Shown: positions 26,366 to 41,367 of the stretch, piece after piece | How the letters are laid out: each line of letters begins with the position of its first letter | Numbering within the stretch: the stretch's first letter is position 1 | Assembly (NCBI GenBank): GCA_964016885.1 | Contig: OZ024740.1 | Coordinates: 434,868,001 to 434,932,000, forward strand | DNA from: Eledone cirrhosa | Lineage: Eukaryota | Direction: 5' to 3' | Length of the DNA stretch: 64,000 nucleotides | Translations under genes and position numbers: made by a program | The notes under the pieces: generated by a model | What the model was told of the DNA's origin: nothing | The model's input: the letters and a program-made list of their open reading frames with translations, nothing else | The model's database searches: none

Positions 26366-29300
26366 GGACATATGTCTGTCACATGAAAGGTGACACATGA
26401 TGGCATTAAGGTGACATATGTCTGTCACATGAAAGGTGACATATGTCTGTCACATGAAAGGTGACACATGATGGCATTAAGGTGACATATGTCTGTCACA
26501 TGAAAGGTGACACATGATGGCATTAAGGTGACATATGTCTGTCACATGAAAGGTGACACATGATGACATTAAGGTGACACATGATGGCATTAAGGTGACA
26601 TATGTCTGTCACATGAAAGGTGACATATGATGGCATTAAGGTGACATATGTCTGTAACAGGAAAGGTGACATATGTCTGTCACATGAAAGGTGACATATG
26701 ATGGCATTAAGGTGACATATGTCTGTAACAGGAAAGGTGACATATGTCTGTCACATGAAAGGTGACATATGATGGCATTAAGGTGACATATGTCTGTAAC
26801 AGGAAAGGTGACATATGATGGCATTAAGGTGACATATGTCTGTAACATGAAAGGTGACACATGATGACATTAAGGTGACACATGATGGCATTAAGGTGAC
26901 ACATGATGGCATTAAGGTGACATATGTCTGTAACATGAAAGGTGACACATGATGACATTAAGGTGACATATGTCTGTCACATGAAAGGTGACACATGATG
27001 ACATTAAGGTGACACATGATGGCATTAAGGTGACATATGTCTGTAACAGGAAAGGTGACATATGATGGCATTAAGGTGACATATGTCTGTAACATGAAAG
27101 GTGACACATGATGACATTAAGGTGACACATGATGGCATTAAGGTGACATATGTCTGTAACAGGAAAGGTGACATATGATGGCATTAAGGTGACATATGTC
27201 TGTAACATGAAAGGTGACACATGATGGCATTAAGGTGACACATGATGGCATTAAGGTGACATATGTCTGTCACATGAAAGGTGACATATGATGACATTAA
27301 GGTGACATATGTCTGTCACATGAAAGGTGACACATGATGACATTAAGGTGACATATGTCTGTAACATGAAAGGTGACACATGATGACATTAAGGTGACAT
27401 ATGTCTGTCACATGAAAGGTGACACATGATGACATTAAGGTGACATATGTCTGTCACATGAAAGGTGACACATGATGACATTAAGGTGACATATGTCTGT
27501 AACATGAAAGGTGACACATGATGACATTAAGGTGACATATGTCTGTCACATGAAAGGTGACACATGATGACATTAAGGTGACATATGTCTGTCACATGAA
27601 AGGTGACACATGATGACATTAAGGTGACATATGTCTGTCACATGAAAGGTGACACATGATGACATTAAGGTGACATATGTCTGTCACATGAAAGGTGACA
27701 CATGATGACATTAAGGTGACATATGTCTGTCACATGAAAGGTGACACATGATGACATTAAGGTGACACATGTCTGTAACATGAAAGGTGACACATGATGA
27801 CATATGTCTGTCACATGAAAGGTGACACATGATGACATTAAGGTGACATATGTCTGTCACATGAAAGGTGACATATGTCTGTCACATGAAAGGTGACACA
27901 TGATGGCATTAAGGTGACATATGTCTGTCACATGAAAGGTGACACATGATGGCATTAAGGTGACATATGTCTGTCACATGAAAGGTGACATATGTCTGTC
28001 ACATGAAAGGTGACATATGATGACATTAAGGTGACATATGTCTGTAACATGAAAGGTGACACATGATGACATTAAGGTGACATATGTCTTTCACATGAAA
28101 GGTGACATATGTCTGTCACATGAAAGGTGACATATGATGACATTAAGGTGACACATGATGACATTAAGGTGACATATGTCTGTCACATGAAAGGTGACAC
28201 ATGATGGCATTAAGGTGACACATGTCTGTAACATGAAAGGTGACACATGATGGCATTAAGGTGACATATGTCTGTCACATGAAAGGTGACATATGATGAC
28301 ATTAAGGTGACATATGTCTGTCACATGAAAGGTGACACATGATGGTATTAAGGTGACACATGTCTGTAACATGAAAGGTGACACATGATGGCATTAAGGT
28401 GACATATGTCTGTCACATGAAAGGTGACATATGATGACATTAAGGTGACACATGATGACATTAAGGTGACATATGTCTGTCACATGAAAGGTGACACATG
28501 ATGGCATTAAGGTGACACATGTCTGTAACATGAAAGGTGACACATGATGGCATTAAGGTGACATATGTCTGTCACATGAAAGGTGACACATGATGGCATT
28601 AAGGTGACACATGTCTGTAACATGAAAGGTGACACATGATGACATTAAGGTGACATATGTCTGTAACATGAAAGGTGACACATGATGGCATTAAGGTGAC
28701 ATATGTCTGTCACATGAAAGGTGACACATGATGGCATTAAGGTGACACATGATGGCATTAAGGTGACACATGATGACATTAAGGTGACACATGATGACAT
28801 TAAGGTGACATATGTCTGTCATATGAAAGGTGACACATGATGACATTAAGGTGACATATGTCTGTAACAGGAAAGGTGACATATGATGACATTAAGGTGA
28901 CATATGTCTGTCACATGAAAGGTGACACATGATGACATATGTCTGTAACATGAAAGGTGACACATGATGACATTAAGGTGACATATGTCTGTCACATGAA
29001 AGGTGACACATGATGGCATTAAGGTGACATATGTCTGTCACATGAAAGGTGACACATGATGGCATTAAGGTGACATATGTCTGTAACATGAAAGGTGACA
29101 CATGATGGCATTAAGGTGACATATGTCTGTAACATGAAAGGTGACACATGATGACATTAAGGTGACATATGTCTGTAACATGAAAGGTGACACATGATGG
29201 CATTAAGGTGACACATGTCTGTAACATGAAAGGTGACACATGATGACATTAAGGTGACATATGTCTGTAACATGAAAGGTGACATATGATGGCATTAAGG

Positions 29301-32300
29301 TGACATATGTCTGTAACATGAAAGGTGACACATGATGGCATTAAGGTGACATATGTCTGTCACATGAAAGGTGACACATGATGGCATTAAGGTGACATAT
29401 GTCTGTAACATGAAAGGTGACACATGATGACATTAAGGTGACATATGTCTGTCACATGAAAGGTGACACATGATGACATTAAGGTGACATATGTCTGTAA
29501 CATGAAAGGTGACACATGATGACATTAAGGTGACATATGTCTGTAACATGAAAGGTGACACATGATGACATTAAGGTGACATATGTCTGTCACATGAAAG
29601 GTGACACATGATGACATTAAGGTGACATATGTCTGTCACATGAAAGGTGACACATGATGACATTAAGGTGACATATGTCTGTCACATGAAAGGTGACACA
29701 TGATGACATTAAGGTGACATATGTCTGTCACATGAAAGGTGACACATGATGACATTAAGGTGACATATGTCTGTCACATGAAAGGTGACACATGATGACA
29801 TTAAGGTGACATATGTCTGTCACATGAAAGGTGACACATGATGACATTAAGGTGACATATGTCTGTAACATGAAAGGTGACACATGATGACATTAAGGTG
29901 ACATATGTCTGTAACATGAAAGGTGACACATGATGACATTAAGGTGACATATGTCTGTCACATGAAAGGTGACACATGATGACATTAAGGTGACATATGT
30001 CTGTCACATGAAAGGTGACACATGATGACATTAAGGTGACATATGTCTGTCACATGAAAGGTGACACATGATGGCATTAAGGTGACATATGTCTGTCACA
30101 TGAAAGGTGACACATGATGACATTAAGGTGACATATGTCTGTAACATGAAAGGTGACACATGATGGCATTAAGGTGACACATGTCTGTAACATGAAAGGT
30201 GACACATGATGACATTAAGGTGACATATGTCTGTAACAGGAAAGGTGACACATGATGACATTAAGGTGACATATGTCTGTCACATGAAAGGTGACATATG
30301 TCTGTCACATGAAAGGTGACATATGATGACATTAAGGTGACACATGATGACATTAAGGTGACATATGTCTGTCACATGAAAGGTGACACATGATGGCATT
30401 AAGGTGACACATGTCTGTAACATGAAAGGTGACACATGATGACATTAAGGTGACATATGTCTGTAACATGAAAGGTGACACATGATGGCATTAAGGTGAC
30501 ACATGTCTGTCACATGAAAGGTGACACATGATGACATTAAGGTGACATATGTCTGTAACATGAAAGGTGACACATGATGACATTAAGGTGACATATGTCT
30601 GTCACATGAAAGGTGACACATGATGACATTAAGGTGACATATGTCTGTCACATGAAAGGTGACACATGATGGCATTAAGGTGACATATGTCTGTCACATG
30701 AAAGGTGACACATGATGACATTAAGGTGACATATGTCTGTCACATGATGTCATTAAGGTGACATATGTCTGTCACATGAAAGGTGACACATAATGACATT
30801 AAGGTGACACATGATGGCATTAAGGTGACATATGTCTCTCACATGAAAGGTGACACATGATGACATTAAGGTGACATATGTCTGTCACATGAAAGGTGAC
30901 ACATGATGACATTAAGGTGACATATGTCTGTCACATGAAAGGTGACACATGATGGCATTAAGGTGACATATGTCTGTCACATGAAAGGTGACACATGATG
31001 ACATTAAGGTGACACATGATGACATTAAGGTGACATATGTCTGTCACATGAAAGGTGACACATGATGACATTAAAGTGACACATGATGACATTAAGGTGA
31101 CATATGTCTGTCACATGAAAGGTGACACATGATGGCATTAAGGTGACACATGTCTGTAACATGAAAGGTGACATGATGGCATTAAGGTGACATATGTCTG
31201 TAACATGAAAGGTGACACATGATAACATTAAGGTGACATATGTCTGTCACATGAAAGGTGACACATGATGACATTAAGGTGACATATGTCTGTCACATGA
31301 AAGGTGACACATGATGACATTAAGGTGACATATGTCTGTAACATGAAAGGTGACACATGATGGCATTAAGGTGACATATGTCTGTCACATGAAAGGTGAC
31401 ACATGATGGCATTAAGGTGACATATGTCTGTAACATGAAAGGTGACACATGATGGCATTAAGGTGTCATATGTCTGTCACATGAAAGGTGACACATGATG
31501 ACATTAAGGTGACACATGTCTGTCACATGAAAGGTGACACATGATGGCATTAAGGTGACATATGTCTGTCACATGAAAGGTGACACATGATGACATTAAG
31601 GTGACATATGTCTGTAACATGAAAGGTGACACATGATGGCATTAAGGTGACATATGTCTGTCACATGAAAGGTGACACATGATGGCATTAAGGTGACATA
31701 TGTCTGTCACATGAAAGGTGACACATGATGACATTAAGGTGACATATGTCTGTAACATGAAAGGTGACATATGATGGCATTAAGGTGACACATGATGACA
31801 TTAAGGTGACATATGTCTGTCACATGAAAGGTGACATATGATGACATTAAGGTGACATATGTCTGTCATATGAAAGGTGACACATGATGACATTAAGGTG
31901 ACATATGTCTGTAACAGGAAAGGTGACACATGATGACATTAAGGTGACATATGTCTGTCACATGAAAGGTGACATGTAATGATATTAAGGTGACATATGT
32001 CTGTAACATGAAAGGTGACACATGATGACATTAAGGTGACATATGTCTGTCACATGAAAGGTGACATGTAATGATATTAAGGTGACATATGTCTGTAACA
32101 TGAAAGGTGACACATGATGACATTAAGGTGACATATGTCTGTCACATGAAAGGTGACACATGATGGCATTAAGGTGACATATGTCTGTCACATGAAAGGT
32201 GACACATGATGGCATTAAGGTGACATATGTCTGTCACATGAAAGGTGACACATGATGGCATTAAGGTGACATATGTCTGTAACATGAAAGGTGACACATG

Positions 32301-35300
32301 ATGACATTAAGGTGACATATGTCTGTCACATGATGACATTAACGTGACATATGTCTGTCACATGAAAGGTGACATATGATGGCATTAAGGTGACATATGT
32401 CTGTCACATGAAAGGTGACACATGATGACATTAAGGTGACATATGTCTGTCACATGAAAGGTGACACATGATGGCATTAAGGTGACATATGTCTGTAACA
32501 TGAAAGGTGACACATGATGACATTAAGGTGACATATGTCTGTCACATGAAAGGTGACACATGATGACATTAAGGTGACATATGTCTGTAACATGAAAGGT
32601 GACACATGATGACATTAAGGTGACATATGTCTGTCACATGAAAGGTGACATGTAATGATATTAAGGTGACATATGTCTGTAACATGAAAGGTGACACATG
32701 ATGACATTAAGGTGACATATGTCTGTCACATGAAAGGTGACACATGATGGCATTAAGGTGACATATGTCTGTCACATGAAAGGTGACACATGATGGCATT
32801 AAGGTGACATATGTCTGTAACATGAAAGGTGACACATGATGACATTAAGGTGACATATGTCTGTCACATGATGACATTAAGGTGACATATGTCTGTCACA
32901 TGAAAGGTGACATATGATGGCATTAAGGTGACATATGTCTGTCACATGAAAGGTGACACATGATGACATTAAGGTGACATATGTCTGTCACATGAAAGGT
33001 GACACATGATGGCATTAAGGTGACATATGTCTGTAACAGGCAAGGTGACATATGATGACATTAAGGTGACACATGATGACATTAAGGTGACATATGTCTG
33101 TCACATGAAAGGTGACACATGATGGCATTAAGGTGACACATGTCTGTAACATGAAAGGTGACACATGATGGCATTAAGGTGACATATGTCTGTAACATGA
33201 AAGGTGACACATGATGACATTAAGGTGACATATGTCTGTCACATGAAAGGTGACACATGATGACATTAAGGTGACATATGTCTGTCACATGAAAGGTGAC
33301 ACATGATGACATATGTCTGTCACATGAAAGGTGACACATGATGGCATTAAGGTGACATATGTCTGTCACATGAAAGGTGACACATGATGGCATTAAGGTG
33401 ACATATGTCTGTCACATGAAAGGTGACATATGATGACATTAAGGTGACATATGTCTGTAACATGAAAGGTGACACATGATGGCATTAAGGTGACATATGT
33501 CTGTCATATGAAAGGTGACACATGATGGCATTAAGGTGACATATGTCTGTAACAGGAAAGGTGACATATGATGACATTAAGGTGACATATGTCTGTCACA
33601 TGAAAGGTGACACATGATGACATTAAGGTGACATATGTCTGTCACATGAAAGGTGACACATGATGGCATTAAGGTGACATATGTCTGTAACAGGAAAGGT
33701 GACATATGTCTGTCACATGAAAGGAGACACATGATGGCATTAAGGTGACATATGGCTGTCACATGAAAGGTGACACATGATGACATTAAGGTGACATATG
33801 TCTGTCACATGAAAGGTGACACATGATGACATTAAGGTGACATATGTCTGTCACATGAAAGGTGACACATGATGGCATTAAGGTGACATATGTCTGTAAC
33901 AGGAAAGGTGACATATGATGACATTAAGGTGACATATGTCTGTCACATGAAAGGTGACACATGATGGCATTAAGGTGACATATGTCTGTAACAGGAAAGG
34001 TGACATATGACATTAAGGTGACATATGTCTTTCACATGAAAGGTGACACATGATGACATTAAGGTGTCACATGTCTGTCATATGAAAGGTGACATATGTC
34101 TGTCACATGAAAGGTGACACATGATGGCATTAAGGTGACATATGTCTGTCACATGAAATGTGACATGATGACATTAAGGTGACATATGTCTGTAACAGGA
34201 AAGGTGACACATGATGACATTAAGGTGACATGTCTGTCACATGAAAGGTGACATATGTCTGTCACATGAAAGGTGACATATGATGACATTAAGGTGACAT
34301 ATGTCTGTCACATGAAAGGTGACATATGATGACATTAAGGTGACACATGATGGCATTAAGGTGACACATGTCTGTCACATGAAAGGTGACACATGGTGGC
34401 ATTAAGGTGACATATGTCTGTCACATGAAAGGTGACACATGGTGGCATTAAGGTGACATATGTCTGTCACATGAAAGGTGACACATGATGGCATTAAGGT
34501 GACATATGTCTGTCACATGAAAGGTGACACATGATGGCATTAAGGTGACATATGTCTGTCACATGAAAGGTGACACATGATGGCATTAAGGTGACATATG
34601 TCTGTCACATGAAAGGTGACACATGGTGGCATTAAGGTGACATATGTCTGTCACATGAAAGGTGACACATGATGGCATTAAGGTGACATATGTCTGTCAC
34701 ATGAAAGGTGACACATGATGGCATTAAGGTGACATATGTCTGTCACATGAAAGGTGACACATGATGGCATTAAGGTGACATATGTCTGTCACATGAAAGG
34801 TGACACATGATGGCATTAAGGTGACATATGTCTGTCACATGAAAGGTGACATATGATGACATTAAGGTGACATATGTCTGTAACAGGAAAGGTGACATAT
34901 GATGACATTAAGGTGTCACATGTCTGTCACATGAAAGGTGACACATGATGGCATTAAGGTGACATATGTCTGTCACATGAAAGGTGACACATGATGGCAT
35001 TAAGGTGACATATGTCTGTCACATGAAAGGTGACATATGTCTGTCACATGAAAGGTGACACATGATGGCATTAAGGTGACATATGTCTGTCACATGAAAT
35101 GTGACACATGATGACATTAAGGTGACATGTCTGTCACATGAAAGGTGACACGTGATGGCATTAAGGTGACATATGTCTGTCACATGAAAGGTGACACATG
35201 ATGACATTAAGGTGACATGTCTGTCACATGAAAGGTGACACGTGATGGCATTAAGGTGACATATGTCTGTCACATGAAAGGTGACACATGATGACATTAA

Positions 35301-38165
35301 GGTGACATGTCTGTCACATGAAAGGTGACACGTGATGGCATTAAGGTGACATATGTCTGTCACATGAAAGGTGACACATGATGACATTAAGGTGACATGT
35401 CTGTCACATGAAAGGTGACACGTGATGGCATTAAGGTGACATATGTCTGTCACATGAAAGGTGACACATGATGACATTAAGGTGACATGTCTGTCACATG
35501 AAAGGTGACACGTGATGGCATTAAGGTGACATATGTCTGTCACATGAAAGGTGACACATGATGACATTAAGGTGACATGTCTGTCACATGAAAGGTGACA
35601 CGTGATGGCATTAAGGTGACATATGTCTGTCACATGAAAGGTGACACATGATGACATTAAGGTGACATGTCTGTCACATGAAAGGTGACACGTGATGGCA
35701 TTAAGGTGACATATGTCTGTCACATGAAAGGTGACACATGATGGCATTAAGGTGACATATGTCTGTCACATGAAAGGTGACACATGATGACATTAAGGTG
35801 ACATATGTCTGTCACATGAAAGGTGTCACATGATGACATTAAGGTGACATGTCTGTCACATGAAAGGTGACACGTGATGGCATTAAGGTGACATATGTCT
35901 GTAACATGAAAGGTGACACATGATGACATTAAGGTGACATATGTCTGTCACATGAAAGGTGACACATGATGACATTAAGGTGACATATGTCTGTAACATG
36001 AAAGGTGACACATGATGACATTAAGGTGACATATGTCTGTCACATGAAAGGTGTCACATGATGACATTAAGGTGACATGTCTGTCACATGAAAGGTGACA
36101 CATGATGACATTAAGGTGACATGTCTGTCACATGAAAGGTGACACATGATGACATTAAGGTGACATATGTCTGTAACATGAAAGGTGACACATGATGACA
36201 TTAAGGTGACATATGTCTGTCACATGAAAGGTGTCACATGATGACATTAAGGTGACATGTCTGTCACATGAAAGGTGACACGTGATGGCATTAAGGTGAC
36301 ATATGTCTGTAACATGAAAGGTGTCACATGATGGCATTAAGGTGACATATGTCTGTCACATGAAAGGTGACACATGATGACATTAAGGTGACATGTCTGT
36401 CACATGAAAGGTGACACGTGATGGCATTAAGGTGACATATGTCTGTAACATGAAAGGTGTCACATGATGGCATTAAGGTGACATATGTCTGTCACATGAA
36501 AGGTGTCACATGATGACATTAAGGTGACATGTCTGTCACATGAAAGGTGACACATGATGACATTAAGGTGACATGTCTGTCACATGAAAGGTGACACGTG
36601 ATGGCATTAAGGTGACATATGTCTGTCACATGAAAGGTGACACATGATGACATTAAGGTGACATGTCTGTCACATGAAAGGTGACACGTGATGGCATTAA
36701 GGTGACATATGTCTGTAACATGAAAGGTGTCACATGATGGCATTAAGGTGACATATGTCTGTCACATGAAAGGTGTCACATGATGACATTAAGGTGACAT
36801 GTCTGTCACATGAAAGGTGACACATGATGACATTAAGGTGACATGTCTGTCACATGAAAGGTGACACGTGATGGCATTAAGGTGACATATGTCTGTAACA
36901 TGAAAGGTGTCACATGATGGCATTAAGGTGACATATGTCTGTCACATGAAAGGTGACACATGATGACATTAAGGTGACATGTCTGTCACATGAAAGGTGA
37001 CACGTGATGGCATTAAGGTGACATATGTCTGTAACATGAAAGGTGTCACATGATGGCATTAAGGTGACATATGTCTGTCACATGAAAGGTGTCACATGAT
37101 GACATTAAGGTGACATGTCTGTCACATGAAAGGTGACACATGATGACATTAAGGTGACATGTCTGTCACATGAAAGGTGACACGTGATGGCATTAAGGTG
37201 ACATATGTCTGTCACATGAAAGGTGACACATGATGACATTAAGGTGACATGTCTGTCACATGAAAGGTGACACGTGATGGCATTAAGGTGACATATGTCT
37301 GTAACATGAAAGGTGTCACATGATGGCATTAAGGTGACATATGTCTGTCACATGAAAGGTGTCACATGATGACATTAAGGTGACATGTCTGTCACATGAA
37401 AGGTGACACATGATGACATTAAGGTGACATGTCTGTCACATGAAAGGTGACACGTGATGGCATTAAGGTGACATATGTCTGTAACATGAAAGGTGTCACA
37501 TGATGGCATTAAGGTGACATATGTCTGTCACATGAAAGGTGACATATGATGACATTAAGGTGACATATGTCTGTCACATGAAAGGTGACACATGATGGCA
37601 TTAAGGTGACACATGTCTGTCACATGAAAGGTGACACATGATGACATTAAAGTGACATATGATGGCATTAAGGTGACACACGTCTGTCACATGAAAGGTG
37701 ACATATGATGACATTAAGGTGACATATGTCTGTCACATGAAAGGTGACACATGATGACATTAAAGTGACATATGATGGCATTAAGGTGACACATGTCTGT
37801 CACATGAAAGGTGACATATGATGACATTAAAGTGACATATGATGGCATTAAGGTGACACATGTCTGTCACATGAAAGGTGACATATGATGACATTAAGGT
37901 GACATATGTCTGTCACATGAAAGGTGACATATGATGACATTAAAGTGACATATGATGGCATTAAGGTGACACATGTCTGTCACATGAAAGGTGACATATG
38001 ATGACATTAAGGTGACATATGTCTGTCACATGAAAGGTGACACATGATGACATTAAGGTGACATATGTCTGTCACATGAAAGATGACACATGATGGCATT
38101 AAGGTGACATATGTCTGTCACATGAAAGGTGACACATGATGACATTAAGGTGACATATGTCTGTA
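26366..38165. repeat. Composite 46-bp satellite (25-bp AAGGTGACATATGTCTGTCACATGA plus 21-bp AAGGTGACACATGATGRCATT), about 11.8 kb
   Basis: Directly visible. The two subunits mostly alternate, with occasional doubling of either. Confidence 0.99.
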
Positions 38166-38595
38166 TTGTAACGTAGGAAGGTGACACACTGCACACAACA
38201 GGAATATCAAAATGAGAAGGTAGGTGTCAATGTGTAGTAGCTTCCACCTCTCTAATGTCTCGAATACAATCTATATATATATATTGGAAAGCTAAAAAAC
38301 AATAACAAGGAGTACAGTGGGGGGGGGCGGCGTTTCGGGCATAAGCCCTTCATCAGGAGGTGGGAAGGAAAAGAGTGTCCCAGCATGGGTTTTGCCCCTC
38401 AGCTGGAACAGGTAATAGAGTAATATATATATATATATATAGTGGCAAGAGTTTCCGAAGAATAGATCAAGAAAAAAAAAAGCACTCTATGCATTGCAGA
38501 GAGCCAAAATATATAAGACCTCAACACAAATGCTACCTAAGGTTTCAAATTGTTATTCCTGATCTATTCTTCAGAATAGATCAGGAATACATACA

Positions 38596-38828
38596 CAGTG
38601 GAAACTTGGTTCATGAATGCCTCTCACCATGAACAATTTTTCCAAACATAAAAAGTCTCCGGCGATGAACAGTGTCCTGAGTAATAAACACACAAACCAG
38701 CAACAAAACAGTTGCCAACAAGATGTCAACGGGAAAGTGTCACATGGTGCATAGTTATTGTAGTGATAGCTAGCTGTCTCTCACACACAGTCTCTCTCTC
38801 TCAAAGATCCTGACCCAAGGTACCACTG
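38596..38828. mobile_element. Tigger/pogo-like MITE
   Basis: Terminal inverted repeats CAGTGGAAACTTGG ... CCAAGGTACCACTG followed by TA. Confidence 0.6.
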
Positions 38829-38897
38829 TATATATATGTGTATATATATATATACCAAGATATTAATAAATGGAAACTATATTTATAAAACCATATT

Positions 38898-38961
38898 TAT
38901 TTTATTATATATATTTCAAGAGCGACCAAGCAATCTTGGCGCGCTTTCATCAGATAAAATA
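38898..38961 (-). ncRNA. Minimal type I hammerhead ribozyme motif (Penelope-type)
   Basis: Minus strand: UAUUUUAU-CUGAUGA-[AAGcGCGCCAAG-auug-CUUGGuCGCuCUU]-GAAA-U-AUAU-A-UA-AUAAAAUA. This gives an 8-bp stem I, an 11-bp stem II, and a 1-bp stem III with a palindromic tetraloop. Confidence 0.72.
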
Positions 38962-40134
38962 CAAAATTTGTTTTATAAATAATGACATACCCATGGAAAT
39001 CAACCTTAACGGTTGGAAATTCGCTGGATATATATACTTCTACATATATATATATATATATATATGGAAAAGAATGAAATGAAATTTCATTTCTCACTCT
39101 TAGTACGGCTGATACACACTTTTATATATATATATAAGATATAAAGAAAGTATCAAAAGTTATAGCATAAAAGTATATAGATCTATGATAAATACACAAC
39201 CATTGGAGGTGACCGAATCACTTAAAATTCGTTTTGTATTTGACTATAGAGACAATATTTACCAAAGTTATCACCAACCTCATCAATATAATTTTATTAG
39301 TAGATGGGAGGTGGGGTTAGTTTTATTGGTATGCCTTGTAATACTGTATATAGAATGTGTTTTATGATGTCCAGCCCATGCCAGCATAGAAAAGTATATG
39401 TTAAATGATGATATACACATACATATATAGCAATGTGTATGCATGTGTATATAACAGGACAAACAAAGCAGCATATAGAAGTGAACTTATGTATGTGTGT
39501 GTTTATACAAATATATATGGGTGTATTTGTAAATGTGTAGTAACAGCAGCAATACATCTATAGGAGAGATGATGTTTTATATATGTATATAAGATGTCCT
39601 TTCTATGTGTATGTAAGAGAGACTAAGTTTTTCAATGTGTGAATATGAGAGATTATATGCTTGTGTATGTGTGTGTATATATATGTATATGAGAGAAACT
39701 TTTATGCGTATGGAGACTATGTTTCTATGTGTATGTATATGAGACTATGTTTCATGTGTATGTATATGAGCGACTAGGTTTCTCTGTGTGTGAATATGAG
39801 AGATTATATGTATGTGTGTGTCTGTACATGGGAGACTATATACTTATGGCAGTCAAGTGAAAAGAAGAGTCAGTAAAAAACATAGAAAATAGCAGGATGG
39901 AGCTTAAAATCTTTAACAGATTTGGCCTCAAGACAGTTTCTGCTATTTACAATTATAGTCTTTTTTTATATATAATACATTTAAAAAATGTTTTAGATAA
40001 AACACTAGAATCTACACACACACCAACATACACACATACAAACATACACACACATGCATTTGCAACAACATCCATATAAACTTCTAAAATCTTTTTACAA
40101 TATCATCGAAATTTGTGACCTTTAGAAACTTGTG

Positions 40135-40476
40135 TCATCATCATCATCATTTCATTTTATGTCCGCTTTTTCCCTGCTTGCAAGGGTGGGATGGGAACTG
40201 ATTCTGGCTTGATTTCTACAGCTGGATGCCCTTCCTAACACCAACCTCATTTACAGTGAGTGCTGGGTGCTTTTTTGCTGTGGCACCTCCACGACCACTT
40301 TGCAGCGGAATGATAGGGACCCCAGTCCTATCATCTCATTTCTACAGCTGAGTAAACTGGAGCGATGTGAAATAAAGTGTCTTGCTCAAGGAAACAACAC
40401 ATCACCCGGTCTGAGAATTGAACTCACAACCTTTCGATTGCAAGGCCAATGCTCTAACCACTAAGCCATGCGCCTC

Positions 40477-40478
<2 letters not shown>
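40135..40478 (-). mobile_element. tRNA-derived SINE, same family as 10918-11199 (more complete copy)
   Basis: Long near-identical blocks shared with 10918-11199, with A/B boxes and a (TGA)n tail. Confidence 0.85.
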
Positions 40479-40551
<73 letters not shown>

Positions 40552-40837
40552 CATTTAAACGCTACCTTAAGTTTCAAGGCTAGGCACAATTGCAGATTAT
40601 AAAACTCAGAATGCATTTACACGTAACACCTGTCTTTCATCAGGTTGAGGCAGGTATTATAGTCTGCAAATGTATTCTGAGCCTAGCCTTGAAAACTAAG
40701 GTAGCGTTATAATGTTTTGAGTATAAGATTCATAATAAATTAGCTCTTTATATATATAGAATATAGAGAGATAGATAGATAGAGAGAGACCTCTTTTCCT
40801 CCCTATCGACTCTCACTACTCACTACTCACTACTCAC

Positions 40838-40885
<48 letters not shown>

Positions 40886-41367
40886 TAATGATATTCCAAC
40901 TACTGAGAAGATTTAAACTGAAGTAAACTGATTCTATCAAAGACTTTCACAATTCTGAGACAGATAAATGAACTATGGTGGGAACATCACAACAGGCTTG
41001 AGTGTGTGTGTGTATATGTATGTCTATGTATATGTGAGTCTGCACATGTGTGTGTGTGGTGTGTGTGTGTATGCATACATATATATTGATATGTGTCATG
41101 AAAGACAAACATGCTATATTCAAATTATAAACAATGTTTTTTTTTATTATATTTTTTCACCCAAGTGATAAACAGTGTTTTATGACTTCTGACAATTATA
41201 GTTTATTAATATAGTATTCTGTCAACTTCCAAAAACATTTAGACTGCTCTATATATATATTTATATATATATATACACATGCAATTTTCATTTTCTACAT
41301 ACATTTAGATGTAGTTATGTTTGCTGCTTTGAAATATTACAATAAGAACAATAACAATAGTGACTGG

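Noticed and set aside
26636-37329. Cys/His-rich repeat ORFs resembling zinc fingers
   Set aside because: They are satellite translations with no C2H2 spacing or linker.
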